A DNA stretch of 64,000 nucleotides. It comes from an uncultured cyanobacterium. Its GTDB lineage: Bacteria > Cyanobacteriota > Cyanobacteriia > Cyanobacteriales > CAWCAG01. Of the stretch, positions 47,360 through 58,476 are shown piece by piece. The stretch is from contig CAWDOD010000001.1 in the NCBI GenBank assembly GCA_963803805.1, positions 1-64,000 on the forward strand, written 5' to 3'. Within the stretch, counting starts at the first letter, position 1. Each line of letters starts with the position of its first letter. The notes beneath the pieces are model-generated. The model saw nothing but the letters and a program-made list of their open reading frames with translations, searched no databases and was not told the origin of the DNA. Made by a program: the position numbers and the translations under genes.

Positions 47360-47704
47360 TCATATAATAAAGCTTCCGCCTCCTATTTCCACTACCTCAA
47401 TCTTCTCATCTTCCCTGCTAGCCATAAAAGCTAGCAACTCTTGTTTTCTTTTACGAGTACTATACCCCTTAAATTTTTTATCACTCCTACAAATATCTCG
47501 AAGCTTTTCAATACTTAATCCTTCCCACTCAATTAGATGATTGGGTTGAGGTGGTTTAAGCTCGAAGTAAGTTTCCAGGGCTGTGGGAAGTAACTCTAAG
47601 GCATATTTCAAAGTTACTTCTCTTTTTTCAGCAACCTCTCCAACTAATTCCATTTTCTCAAAGAAATAGGCAATGTTTTTAGGCAAGGAGCCTTGTTTCA
47701 TCAA
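47360..47704 (-). CDS. Hypothetical protein, C-terminal Rho-N/HeH-like motif
   Basis: LSIEKLRDICR..KGYS..RKQELL. Confidence 0.5.
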   Translation of the reverse strand: MMKQGSLPKNIAYFFEKMELVGEVAEKREVTLKYALELLPTALETYFELKPPQPNHLIEWEGLSIEKLRDICRSDKKFKGYSTRKRKQELLAFMASREDEKIEVVEIGGGSFII

Positions 47705-47719
47705 AATAACTAAATAAAT

Positions 47720-48766
47720 CTATCTTGAAATAAAACTTGTTCTTTTTTCTGGTTTCTCTACTTGAACTTGGAATTGTTGTAGTTTAGACTGGACTTCCCC
47801 CTCAAAATACTTAGCATCATCTTCAGTTAAATTACTTCCTTTATCGACCCATGTTTTACCATCCCATTTAGCATACATGATAGTCCTTTTGGCTTCTTCA
47901 GGCTCACTTTTATCTAAGGTAAGCAAACTATCTTTCTCGTCCCATCTAGCACTGTGAAAACTACCTTCAGCCTTATAACCATCAGGATCTACAGTATTGA
48001 TCCACAAGGCAACTATAGGAGCAGTACGATCAACAAATTCTTGCTGTTTTGTCTTCTCATTTGTCTCACGTTCATCATTTGCGATCGCAGATTTAGCAAG
48101 CCCATCTTCTTTACCAACTGATTTGTTCTCTAGTGGCTCTAATTCCTCTACCTCTTGTTTAACCTCTTTGGCAGTATCTGCAACCTTTTGAGTAGCTTTC
48201 TCAACAAACCTGCTCAACCATTTCTTAGTACCACCAATATCTGATACTTGTTCAATTTGCTTTTTCAAATTATCAAAGAAGCTTCTACCCAGAGAAGCTT
48301 TCTCCTCTTCAGCCAAGACAGAGGAAGACTCACTTCCCTTTGTTAAGGTACTCGATATAGCTTCGCCAAGAGAAATCTCTCCATCATTCACCTGTTGAGA
48401 AGTTGCAGCTAGTCCTTTTAGTCCTTTTATCTCAAGAAGACTAACTAACGAAGGTTGTACCTGATTATGAACCACAGAACCATCACCATCTTGTCTGAAC
48501 AGCAACTCACCTTGGGAGTCATTATTTCTAATTTCTATAACACCAGATACATCTGGCTGTTCGTTAGGGGAGTTTTCCAAGAAGTCTGAAGCCCTGGTAG
48601 TAGCTTCAAAAATAATTTCAGCTTTAGGATTATCTAATTCATCTCTAAATTCTTTAGCAGTTTGCCCATAGACAACTCGATTGCCCATTTGGATGCAAAG
48701 ATTTTCAGATTCTGTATTTGCTTGCTGGGACAAACTCTCAAGAAGTTTCGCTTTATTCATACCCAT
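47720..48766 (-). CDS. Hypothetical protein, short paralog of 48859-51610
   Basis: Shares the N-terminus with 50840..51610 and the C-terminal domain with 48859..50796. Confidence 0.8.
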   Translation of the reverse strand: MGMNKAKLLESLSQQANTESENLCIQMGNRVVYGQTAKEFRDELDNPKAEIIFEATTRASDFLENSPNEQPDVSGVIEIRNNDSQGELLFRQDGDGSVVHNQVQPSLVSLLEIKGLKGLAATSQQVNDGEISLGEAISSTLTKGSESSSVLAEEEKASLGRSFFDNLKKQIEQVSDIGGTKKWLSRFVEKATQKVADTAKEVKQEVEELEPLENKSVGKEDGLAKSAIANDERETNEKTKQQEFVDRTAPIVALWINTVDPDGYKAEGSFHSARWDEKDSLLTLDKSEPEEAKRTIMYAKWDGKTWVDKGSNLTEDDAKYFEGEVQSKLQQFQVQVEKPEKRTSFISR

Positions 48767-48858
48767 CCTTTCTCATTCTATATTGCTGTTTAAATTCAAA
48801 AAAGGACTACTAAACCAAACAATTTAATAGTCCAAACACTAACCCGAAAGTTTGAATA

Positions 48859-51610
48859 TTATCTAGTAACAGCTTCTGATTCTTTCTGCCTAGTTTCAGT
48901 AGCTTCTTGCTTATGGAGACTCTGACTAACCAAATCTGCAACCTCCCCCTCAAAATATTGAGCTTTTTCTTCGGTGAGTTCACTTCCTTTATCTACCCAA
49001 CTGTTTGTGCCTTCATCCCATCCAGCCCGCATGATAGTTTTTGATTCTCCCCCTTCCTCTATCTCATTTAGGGTAAGCTCTTCGTTCTCAAAGTCCCATT
49101 CAGCACTATGTTTATTACCTTCTGCTCTGTAATCATCTCTGCCTTCAGCATGAATCCAAGATGAAACGGCAGGAGCAGTACGATCAACTAAGTTTTGTTG
49201 CCCTTCAGAAGCATCTTCTAATTCCTGCTGTTCATCTTCTTCAAAGTCTTCATCGAACAATTCATCTAGTTCATCATACTCATCACTAAATCTTTCATCT
49301 AATTCATTTTCATTTTCATATTCATCTTGGAGATCAAACTCCAAATTTTGAAGTGAATCTGTTACTTCTTCGACACCTTGTTCTTCTTTGACAGCATCTT
49401 TTAAAATGTTTCGTACTTCGTCAATAGGAAGATGGTCATTGCTTCCCTCAATCTTTATGTGCTTGCCATTGCTTATTTCTTCAAGACTTTCCTTAATTTC
49501 TTCAGAAAACTCAGTTTTATCTGCTAGAAGAAGTTCTTCAGCCTTAATTTCTATAAGTTCCTCTTCCTCTTCGGCTTCACTATAAGCCCTGATCCTATCT
49601 TCATCATAAGGATCTTCAAGAGTTGCATTTAATCTCCCATCCCTACTATTTTCTATCCTCCCAGACGCTATATTTTGGAAAGATTTTTCAACTTCGCTAG
49701 GAAAATTAAAATCACGGTTGCTCTCAAGTATTTCCTGTGCTTTATTTCTGGATTTTTCAGATACCACTTCCTCTTCTAAAGAAGCTAAGTTCTCTTGAGC
49801 TTCAGCCATAGTCTCAGCTATGTTTTGGGGAACTTTATCAAGTTCATCTTGAGATGAAGTCATTAACTCGCCTTGGCTCTGGTAATCAGCGACAATACCT
49901 CTGTTGGTGCGATTATTTTCCTCAATAGCACTTGCCATGTCGCTTTGTACTTGGCGTGATTTATACTTGTCGCCGTCGTAGTCACCTTCGCTTAATTTTC
50001 CAAGTTCTTCTTGTACTTCTTCAGGAAGCTCTACCTGCATTTCTTCAGCAGTTTCAAGAACCTCTCCAGCTTTAGACTCAACTTCGTCTTCCAAGTTTGC
50101 TAAGGTCTTCAGACGTTCTTTTTTTTGGGTTTTAATCCGTTCATCAGCTTCCCTACTTCTTATTTCATCTAACTCTTCATGAGCCTCAGTCATAGTCTCA
50201 GCTATGTTTTGGGGAACTTTATCAAGTTCATCTTCAGGTAAAGTAACCAACTCATCTCGATTCTGATAATCAGTAATTATGTCCTCAGTGTTCGTATCGT
50301 TCTCAATGGCACTTGCCATATCACTTTGTACTTGGCGTGACTTAGATTTGTCCTCTTCGTATTCGTCTGGCTCATAATCACTCTCAACTTTTTGTACTGC
50401 TTCTTCGGGAAGCTCTAAACCCATTTCAGCAGCAGTTTCAAGAACCTCTTCCCTATCCGCCATGTAGCTTTCTGGTTCAGGTAATTTATGTTTTTCACCT
50501 GTATAGTCACCTTCACTTAATTTCTCAAGTTCCTCTCGTGCTTCTTCAGGAAGCTCTAAACCCATTTCAGCAGCAGTTTCAAGAACTTCTCCAGCTTTGA
50601 ACTCAACTTCATCTTCCAAGTTTGCTAACCTCTGAAGACGTTGTTTTGTTTTATCAACTTCAGATGTTTTTTCATTAGACTCCTCAGTTGACTCTTCAGA
50701 AATTTCGTTACCTTCAGACTCGGCTGAAATTGATTCTTCAGGAAAATAATCAACTGATTCTTCCTGTTGCTTATCAGCACCAAATGCAGACTGCATGACC
50801 TCCTTGCGAGATTTCAGCCAATTCCCAGTAGTTTCAATATCAGATTCGAACTTTATCCCCGACCTTACTACGAAGCGCTTGCGCCTCTTCGCTTTGGGCT
50901 ACCTCTTTAGTTTTTTCAACAACTTTATTGATAGCAGGCTTAGCTACATCAACTAATTCTCCAACCTCTTGCTGAACCTCTTTGGCAGTATCTGCAACCT
51001 TTTGAGTAACTTTCTCTGCTTGCTGATACAATTCATTAGCATTCTCTGCGAATTTACCTAACCATTTTTTAGTGCTGCCGATACTATCTGGTACTTGGTC
51101 AATTTGCTTTTTCAGACTATCAAAGAAACTTCTCTGGGTAGAAGCTTCTTGTTGTTGTTGAACTTCTACTTGTGGCATTTCTAGAGAAGCTTCTTGTTGT
51201 TGGGCTTCCACTTCTGGCTCTTCTGGAGTAGATAAATCTTGGGACATCTCTTGTTCCTGTTGGGCTTCCACTTCTGGCTCTTCTGGAGTAGATAAATCTT
51301 GGGACATCTCTTGCTGTTGAAGCTGATTGTGTCCAATAGAACCATCGCTGTTTTGCCTAAATAGTTTGTCATCACCGTTGGTTATTTCTATGACCCCAGA
51401 AACCTGTTCCTCCTCAGATACATTCTCTGAAGCCTCAGAGCTTCTACTAATAGCTTCAGAAATAATTTCAGCTTTAGGATCATCTAATTCATCTCTAAAT
51501 TCTTTAGAAGTTTGGCCATAGACAACTCGATTACCCATCTTAATACGCAAATTTTCAGATTCTGTATTCGCTTGCTGGGATAAACTTTCAAGAAGTTCTG
51601 CTTTATTCAC
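48859..51610 (-). CDS. Large acidic repeat protein, probably one gene frameshifted near 50850
   Basis: Downstream frame is open upstream of its Met (ESDIETTGNWLKSRKEVMQS). Internal repeats LANLEDEV..AGEVLETA, KSRQVQSDMASAIE and DELDKVPQNIAETM; 60-bp tandem near 51195-51315. Confidence 0.75.
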
Positions 51611-51652
51611 TGTATTTTCCTCTTACAACTAGGTTTTTAATTGATAACAAAA

Positions 51653-52048
51653 CTAAGCTGGCTGCTTCTCATCAAGCCAACCGACTATTCTGTCTAGTTC
51701 AGCCATATCAGCTATACGGTTGACAACAATATCACTTTTAGATTGAAAGAAAGCACAGTCCCCATCGAATTTCCATTCACTAAACAAAGGGTCAAAGTCT
51801 TCAGGGCAAGGACGACAAAAGGTTACTTCACCTGCTTCTATTTCATACCTAAAAAAGATTATATCTTCATAAAAAATTTCAATAGTAGAAGGAGTATAAT
51901 TTGCAGGAAAATTGTCTAAACTACGCTGCGATCGCAAATATTCAACTGTCTCTGGTCTGTCTTCAAATCTTTGAGTGAATTCTTGAGACATACCCCAACT
52001 TTTCAGTAAAGATTTGATTGCATCTGTAGATAAAGCTTGTCCATTCAT
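51653..52048 (-). CDS. Hypothetical protein
   Basis: 131-aa ORF in the co-oriented run. Confidence 0.65.
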   Translation of the reverse strand: MNGQALSTDAIKSLLKSWGMSQEFTQRFEDRPETVEYLRSQRSLDNFPANYTPSTIEIFYEDIIFFRYEIEAGEVTFCRPCPEDFDPLFSEWKFDGDCAFFQSKSDIVVNRIADMAELDRIVGWLDEKQPA

Positions 52049-52081
52049 AGTTAATTTTGGTAAGTAAACAAAGTGTAAAAA

Positions 52082-55000
52082 CTATCGTGCCATTGCAGCT
52101 TCTTTTTGAGAAGACTGTCTTTTGTTTTTGCTAGCTGAATGTTGAGACATTTGCTGCTGCTTAGATTTTTCCAGAGCCTCTTTAACTTTTGGCCCAACTC
52201 TTTCGGTGAAGTAATCTGCTCTCTTATCGCTCAAGTTGGAGCCTAAATCTTTCCATTCTCCCCCATCATATTTAGCTTTCATTACTATCTCTTCAGTCTG
52301 ACTATCAGTTAAAGTTATCGATAAATCGTCATAATCGTACTCACAGGTGTGTTTACTACCACGTTTACTAAGCTTTCCATTCGCATCAATTTCACCCGCA
52401 ACTTTCAAATAAGATGAGACTACAGGAGCGACTTTGCTTACTTTTTCTTGCTGTTCGTTGCTATTGTTATCAGCAAGTATTGGTTTTTCAACCTTTTTAC
52501 TATCACTTTCGCTAGCTAATATAGGTTTTTCAACTTTCTCTTGAGAGAGTTTTTCCTGTTCTCTTTTTTGTAAAGCCTTTTTAACTTTTGGCCCAACTCT
52601 TTTGGTAAAGTAGTCTGTTCTCTTATCACTCAAATTAGAACCTAAATCTTGCCATTTTTCCCCATCATATTTAGCTTTCATTACTGTTTCTTTAGTCTTA
52701 TTGTCAACTAAAGCGACAGTTCGAGATTCTTCATTTAAACTACTAGTATGGCGCTTACCTTCTACCTTGCTTTTACCTTTAAGCTTTAAATAATCAGCAA
52801 CCACAGGAGCAACTTGCTCTACTTTGTTTTGTTGCTCTGAATTATTAGTAAGTGTTGGTTTCTCAACCTTATCATCAGCTAGTATCGGTTTCTCTGTACC
52901 GTTGTCATAGGTTTCAACTTCATGATTGTCACTGGCCAGTGTAGATTCTTCAACTTCTTCCTCAACCACCTCTGAACCAACAATCTCATTTGAATCAACT
53001 ACCTCAACAACTTCATAACCTTCATTACTTACTTCTTCTTCGTTATGAGTTGCTGGTTGAGGCTGACTCCCATCGCCAATTTCATTTAGGTTAACTACTT
53101 CATGCAGTTTTTCTTCAACCTGATTTTCAGACTCTTCTGAGTTATTGGTAAGTATAGGCTCCTCAACTTCTTCATTTTGAGTCACTGGTTGAGAGTCAGT
53201 CTCAACCTCATCATCAGCCAATATCGGCTTCTCTGTACCATTTTCGTAAGTTTCAACTTCATCATCAGCAAGTACAGGCTCCTCAACTTCTTCATTGTCG
53301 TCAGCTAGCACAGGTTTCTCTGTACCATTCTCGTAAACCTTAACTTTAGGATCATCATTCATATTCATTTTGCTACCTAAAATCACATCACTACTATCAG
53401 GGCCAACACCAACTCTCCCTGACGAAGCTCTACTAATTTGCTGTTCAAGCTCCTCCTCAGCCTCATCTGCTTTTTGCTGCAAACTCTCTGTATCAGGCAA
53501 TTCAAGCCCTACAATCTCACGAGCTAAATAGTTATCTTCTTCTTTTGCGTACAAACCATTATTCTCATTAAGATAATCGACAACTTTACCTAAGTTCTCT
53601 TCAGTAACATAAGCTTCCATGCGATTACCAACTGAAACAAACTCATCATCAGCCGCCGCCAGCAAGTCTTGATCCAAGAAATATTGACCTCCTTTAGACT
53701 TAGATTTAGGAGTAGATAATAAGTAAGTTCTATCAAGATCAGTATAGGAAGGGTGGTGTTCAATAGTTAAGTTTTTGTCTTTAGTACTAACCTCTTTTTT
53801 GTATTCCTTAGTGAGCTTTTTCACAGACTCTACATCAGGTATGCGTATGGGCATTTTCTCCAGATGCTCCTCAATGGAGAATCCTTTCTTCATCAAGATA
53901 CCCTGCTCAATTTCCCCCTCACTATTGGTAAAAATAGAAACCTTACCCTCCTTTAAGTATTTCTCAGAAGCCCGAAGTAAGTTACCTTTAATCATGCCTC
54001 TCTGTTCACGGCCGGAGGTTTGACGCTCATCAAACAACCTATAAACTGGTGTTTGATCAAAATCATCTACTTTCTGAGGCTTCATTTTGTAGTCGCGATA
54101 ACTATTCATTTCTCCCATCTTGGAGTGAGGAATTTTTAATTCCCTAGCCTGATCTGCTACTGCCACTGTTGTTTTCCAACTACTAGGAGCTACAGGATTT
54201 GCATTTTCACTTCCTTTATAGCTATGCCCTTGAATAACTCCATACATAACCATATTGTTGGGAGTTTGTACCTTTACTGTTTCTCCCACAGGGTAATTTT
54301 GAATTACCTCTTTCAGTTTTTCAGCTTGCCCATCTATTTTGTTATTAAAATTTTCTTTCTGTCCATCAGTTTTAAACAGTGACTCTTTTTTCTTTTTGTA
54401 ATCCAATACAGATTGAACTACTTCCTCTATCTGCCCTTGGGAATGCTTTTGACTAAGAGCTTTTACTTCATCTAATGCAGAGACATGATCCTCAACTTCA
54501 TCGACTTCCGCTAACCCTAGTTTCTCCCTAACCCCATTAACAACATCCAGAGTCTTAGGAGGTTGGCGATTGTTTTTAATCGAGACAATCTGAAAATCAA
54601 CTCCTTGAGTAAAGGGAGAATCACTTCCAGGATCAGAAGGTTGTAACTCTGCTGATGCCAATGTTACAGCATCAAGGTCTTCCGCTTCTGCATCTAGCTC
54701 ATAAGCACCAATAGATTTTAGCTCTCTAACTCTATCTTGATAGTCTGTTTCCAACCTCCCAATCAACTCTTCCTGTTCTTCTAGATCCAACATTGGCATA
54801 CGTCCAGTGACGCGACGCATATTCCCCTCATACGGTTTTATCGGATGTGATAATTTCTGACTTAACTCCGGATCTTCTTCTACTATATCTGCTGCTACCT
54901 CATCACCAATTTCATTAAACATATCAATGGCATCGCCAAAATTGACTTGAGATTCAGCATTAGCTGTAGTGTTGGCGGCTAACGAGGACATTTTATTCAT

Positions 55001-58000
55001 CAGAATAGCTGTCTGTCGCTTTTCATGGGGAATGTCCCCAGAAACAATAGTGATATGAGGTGCTTTTGTTTGCCCAGTACGATGCACTCGCCCAAAAAAC
55101 TGCTTAGCTACATTTACGTCTCCCTCCGGTTGTACCAACAAAAATCTCCTACGGCGTTGGTCTTGAGCCTTTTCTGAAGCATGGAGAGATATTCCAGTAG
55201 ACGCAACCTGATTACCGATTGCTCCATCAATCTCCCCGCTTTGAAACTGGTCAACGGTTTTACCTAAAGCAGCTTTACCTGTGTCTCTAGAACTACGTTT
55301 TTGATATACAGGCAAATAGTTCCCATCTTCTTGCTTCTGATAATCTATATAGGATGAGCGTCCCGTCATTTCACCGATACTATAACCAGCTTCTTCCATT
55401 TTGCATTTGTACCAGTCGATAGGAGAAGCAGGTACAGACGTAAAATCCGTTTCATCTATTAGTCGTTCAATCTCATCCCAAGCATCTAATGCTTCTGTAC
55501 TTAACTCCTCGTCACTTAGCCTCCGCCTTGTAGTTTCTCCATAAGCATCTCTAGTAATAACTTCCCGTGACCTCTCAGCATAATGCCTAAGCATATCTCC
55601 CAAGTTAGCGTCAATAGGATCACCAGGCTTAATGTCATTCTCTTCTGCGTAGCGTCCAAAAAATGATTCAGAAGTACGTGAAATCGCAACAAAAGGTTTC
55701 TCCCCTTTGTCAAGAGCCTCCAGGGATTTATCAATCGTACCGTCAATTTTTTTAGCTAAAGTTGATGCGTTAAGATAATTGTGCATCAAAGAAGCAAAGT
55801 TCTGGCTATCTGCCCCAGCTTTCCCTGTAGCGTTATCTCCCAAAACCTCTTTAGCTTCTGCTTTTAAAAGATTATCAACACTTTTAAGAGTACTTTGTTT
55901 ACAATCATCAAAGTCACGAATAGCAGCCATAACATTAGCTTCTGCATTCGTTAACTCCCGGCTAGCTTCAACAACCTCTGCATCAAAGTCAACCCCTTCA
56001 AAACTTCTTTCCCTACGAACATACTGACCAGCTTCTGTAAGTTCATTGGCTAGAACCTGCTGCATAGGCAAACCACCATCGGTAGTTATTCTAATCAGCG
56101 AATTGATATCCTCTACCGCAGCGCCCATACCAGTACGGGAATAGAAATCCATCATATTCGGATCTTTTGCATAGGTAGCACTGGCAGAAAAAGTACGCTT
56201 ACTTTTCTTCTTCAACTCCCTAGCAAATTCTGCTGCATTAAGAGGATCTTTTGACCAAGGATTTCTATCCGGAGCAGCCCCAGCCGAGTGAGATTCATCT
56301 AAGGCTAAAAATGAGGAAGGAGCAAAGGTACGCAAAAGATCCCTACGACGTGGCTCTTCTCCCCTAACAGTTTGCATCTGAGAGTAGGTGGTAAAAATAG
56401 CATTGTAATCCCCTTTTAAATCTCCACTAGCTATCATTTCCTCCATCTCTTTATCATGGCTATCTTTGCCGTACTTAATCCTCTCCCCATTGTGGAGACG
56501 TAAGTTGAGGTTAGAGTCAGTGCAAAAAGGTTTTACATCCTCAACTCCAATCTCTTCAAACCCTTCAACAACATCTCTGTAAAGGTTATTATCTTTAGTA
56601 ACAACGATGGGTGTACTACCTTGTTGTCGAGCATATTGAGTGATTGCTGCTAACTGTCTAGATTTGCCAAAACCTGTATCATCTCCTAAGACAACTTCTC
56701 CATCTTTATCGTAGTTATCTATGCCTAAAGCTACTCCTTCAATCTGTTCTGCACTCAAAGCTTCATAGAGTCTATCTTTATCCCACTCTCCAGAACCAGC
56801 CACAGAGCTAGCACCTGCGACATAAGAATTCATTTTCCCTACTACCCAATCGTCTAGATCCTCATAGCCTTCCTGTTGGGCATTCTTCTCTAATTTTAGT
56901 AAACGCTTACGCAAAGCTTTGTGCATATTAGAAGGAACCAGGGCATTAAATGACTTCCCTTTTGAAATTGGCTCCCAAGGTGTTTGTAAGTCTTGTGTAT
57001 TTTCCATGATTCCTCCTAAGTTTAAGCTTGGTTGGTCACGCTGGTTCTCACTAGTTCCAGCCATTCCCGTAGTTGAATGTCTTTTATTGCCGTCTGAGCC
57101 TGCTGAATCTCCTCCTTTCTCTCCACTATCTTCAGGGGATAATCCACCAGCAGATGAAGGTTCAGGCTCTCCCTGAGCAACTCGTTCTCCTCCGTTAAGT
57201 CTCTGGCTATCACGTAAGCTCCCAAAGTTGGAGTATTGATCAGATTCTGCAAATTCTCCTCGGTTTTCCCCTCTATAGGTGCTACCATCTGTTCCGGTAG
57301 ACTCTGCCGGATCATATCCACTGCCCACTTCATATTGTTGTGTTGGAGAATCAGATACTCTACCCTCTTCAATAGCAAGTTCAGGTAAGAATCCTGAGTC
57401 TTTATTTTCTGAAGGACTTTGGGAACTTCTATTGCTGTCCACTGAGCGATTACCGCCAGGGATGCGGACTCTATTTGTTCCTCTGTTGGTATCCAATAGT
57501 TGGGATGATCTAGATACATATTTAGTTAATACCTCCTTTTCAATTTCTGCAAAACTACTATGAACGGGGGGAACATCAACCGCCGGATAGGGGAGTGCTG
57601 ATTTTCCTTTCCCATCTATGGCAATAACATCTATGGGATAATTAGCCCCTTGACGGTTATATAAGGAACCATCAAGGGAAAAATGTTCAGTAACGTTGTA
57701 ATCATCGTAAAGACTTTTGAAAAAAGCCCTGTTTTGGCGAGAGTTGTAAGACCTACCCCTAGCTTCAGGATCTAAACCCTTCACTCCTCCAATAATCAAA
57801 ACTGCTCTCCCATCATCTTTCAATGAAGAGAGTGCGTTCAAAGAGATTGCATGGTCAATTTCTTTAGTATGATACTTGCCAGTATCCCAAGTTTTATTAC
57901 TTCCATCTTTCTCCTTAACCCTACCAAAGGGAGGGTTAGCAACAACCACATCTACTTTTTGGTCAGGGCGGTAAGTGGTTGCATCAAAGGTAGTAGTTTT

Positions 58001-58468
58001 ATAGCCTTGCCTTTGCAATGCCTTGGCTCTATCAAAGTCTAACTCGTTAGCCTGCACATTTTGAGGATCAGCTTCTAGCAACAAAGCCCCATTCCCTGCT
58101 GAAGGTTCAAAAACAGAATCCTCTTGACCAATTCCAGCTAAACGATTAGCTAAATAAGCAATGGGTAAAGGAGTTGAGTAAGCCTGGTTAGCAACACTAC
58201 TACTAGTGCGAGTACCCAATCGAGGCTGACGCTGATACAAATCTACAAGACTATGGTAAGCAGAAATTTCATCTTCACTTTCAATTATCTCCTTAGCTAC
58301 CTCTATCAAAGATTCTTCAATAGTTTCTTCTAACTCCTTAGCTTGTGGAGTACCAAAGTTTATCTTTTCCCCTAACTTATCTCCAGCCCAAGACCTAGCT
58401 TGGGTAATTGTTCTAAAACTATTACCCTGACGGAAATATTCAGCTAGTTCTTGAGTTAATTCAGCCAT
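52082..58468 (-). CDS. Polyvalent N6-adenine methyltransferase plus strawberry-notch-type SF2 helicase
   Basis: EPSAGNG and NPPFG (MTase); GDDTGFGKSRQ, LDESH, ASATYAK, STGISLHA, QFFGRVHRTGQ (helicase); acidic repeats and a duplicated C-terminal domain. Confidence 0.92.
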   Translation of the reverse strand: MAELTQELAEYFRQGNSFRTITQARSWAGDKLGEKINFGTPQAKELEETIEESLIEVAKEIIESEDEISAYHSLVDLYQRQPRLGTRTSSSVANQAYSTPLPIAYLANRLAGIGQEDSVFEPSAGNGALLLEADPQNVQANELDFDRAKALQRQGYKTTTFDATTYRPDQKVDVVVANPPFGRVKEKDGSNKTWDTGKYHTKEIDHAISLNALSSLKDDGRAVLIIGGVKGLDPEARGRSYNSRQNRAFFKSLYDDYNVTEHFSLDGSLYNRQGANYPIDVIAIDGKGKSALPYPAVDVPPVHSSFAEIEKEVLTKYVSRSSQLLDTNRGTNRVRIPGGNRSVDSNRSSQSPSENKDSGFLPELAIEEGRVSDSPTQQYEVGSGYDPAESTGTDGSTYRGENRGEFAESDQYSNFGSLRDSQRLNGGERVAQGEPEPSSAGGLSPEDSGEKGGDSAGSDGNKRHSTTGMAGTSENQRDQPSLNLGGIMENTQDLQTPWEPISKGKSFNALVPSNMHKALRKRLLKLEKNAQQEGYEDLDDWVVGKMNSYVAGASSVAGSGEWDKDRLYEALSAEQIEGVALGIDNYDKDGEVVLGDDTGFGKSRQLAAITQYARQQGSTPIVVTKDNNLYRDVVEGFEEIGVEDVKPFCTDSNLNLRLHNGERIKYGKDSHDKEMEEMIASGDLKGDYNAIFTTYSQMQTVRGEEPRRRDLLRTFAPSSFLALDESHSAGAAPDRNPWSKDPLNAAEFARELKKKSKRTFSASATYAKDPNMMDFYSRTGMGAAVEDINSLIRITTDGGLPMQQVLANELTEAGQYVRRERSFEGVDFDAEVVEASRELTNAEANVMAAIRDFDDCKQSTLKSVDNLLKAEAKEVLGDNATGKAGADSQNFASLMHNYLNASTLAKKIDGTIDKSLEALDKGEKPFVAISRTSESFFGRYAEENDIKPGDPIDANLGDMLRHYAERSREVITRDAYGETTRRRLSDEELSTEALDAWDEIERLIDETDFTSVPASPIDWYKCKMEEAGYSIGEMTGRSSYIDYQKQEDGNYLPVYQKRSSRDTGKAALGKTVDQFQSGEIDGAIGNQVASTGISLHASEKAQDQRRRRFLLVQPEGDVNVAKQFFGRVHRTGQTKAPHITIVSGDIPHEKRQTAILMNKMSSLAANTTANAESQVNFGDAIDMFNEIGDEVAADIVEEDPELSQKLSHPIKPYEGNMRRVTGRMPMLDLEEQEELIGRLETDYQDRVRELKSIGAYELDAEAEDLDAVTLASAELQPSDPGSDSPFTQGVDFQIVSIKNNRQPPKTLDVVNGVREKLGLAEVDEVEDHVSALDEVKALSQKHSQGQIEEVVQSVLDYKKKKESLFKTDGQKENFNNKIDGQAEKLKEVIQNYPVGETVKVQTPNNMVMYGVIQGHSYKGSENANPVAPSSWKTTVAVADQARELKIPHSKMGEMNSYRDYKMKPQKVDDFDQTPVYRLFDERQTSGREQRGMIKGNLLRASEKYLKEGKVSIFTNSEGEIEQGILMKKGFSIEEHLEKMPIRIPDVESVKKLTKEYKKEVSTKDKNLTIEHHPSYTDLDRTYLLSTPKSKSKGGQYFLDQDLLAAADDEFVSVGNRMEAYVTEENLGKVVDYLNENNGLYAKEEDNYLAREIVGLELPDTESLQQKADEAEEELEQQISRASSGRVGVGPDSSDVILGSKMNMNDDPKVKVYENGTEKPVLADDNEEVEEPVLADDEVETYENGTEKPILADDEVETDSQPVTQNEEVEEPILTNNSEESENQVEEKLHEVVNLNEIGDGSQPQPATHNEEEVSNEGYEVVEVVDSNEIVGSEVVEEEVEESTLASDNHEVETYDNGTEKPILADDKVEKPTLTNNSEQQNKVEQVAPVVADYLKLKGKSKVEGKRHTSSLNEESRTVALVDNKTKETVMKAKYDGEKWQDLGSNLSDKRTDYFTKRVGPKVKKALQKREQEKLSQEKVEKPILASESDSKKVEKPILADNNSNEQQEKVSKVAPVVSSYLKVAGEIDANGKLSKRGSKHTCEYDYDDLSITLTDSQTEEIVMKAKYDGGEWKDLGSNLSDKRADYFTERVGPKVKEALEKSKQQQMSQHSASKNKRQSSQKEAAMAR
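57022..57519 (-). CDS. Nested (overprinted) gene, paralog of 58477..58941
   Basis: AGGAGG upstream of the ATG; collinear similarity to the upstream 154-aa protein (see findings). Confidence 0.8.
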   Translation of the reverse strand: MYLDHPNYWIPTEEQIESASLAVIAQWTAIEVPKVLQKIKTQDSYLNLLLKRVEYLILQHNNMKWAVDMIRQSLPEQMVAPIEGKTEENLQNLINTPTLGAYVIARDLTEENELLRESLNLHLLVDYPLKIVERKEEIQQAQTAIKDIQLREWLELVRTSVTNQA

Positions 58469-58476
58469 TTATCTAA

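Noticed and set aside
53775-58042. Short + strand ORFs antisense to the helicase gene
   Set aside because: No RBS or motif support, unlike the same-strand nested ORF 57022..57519.
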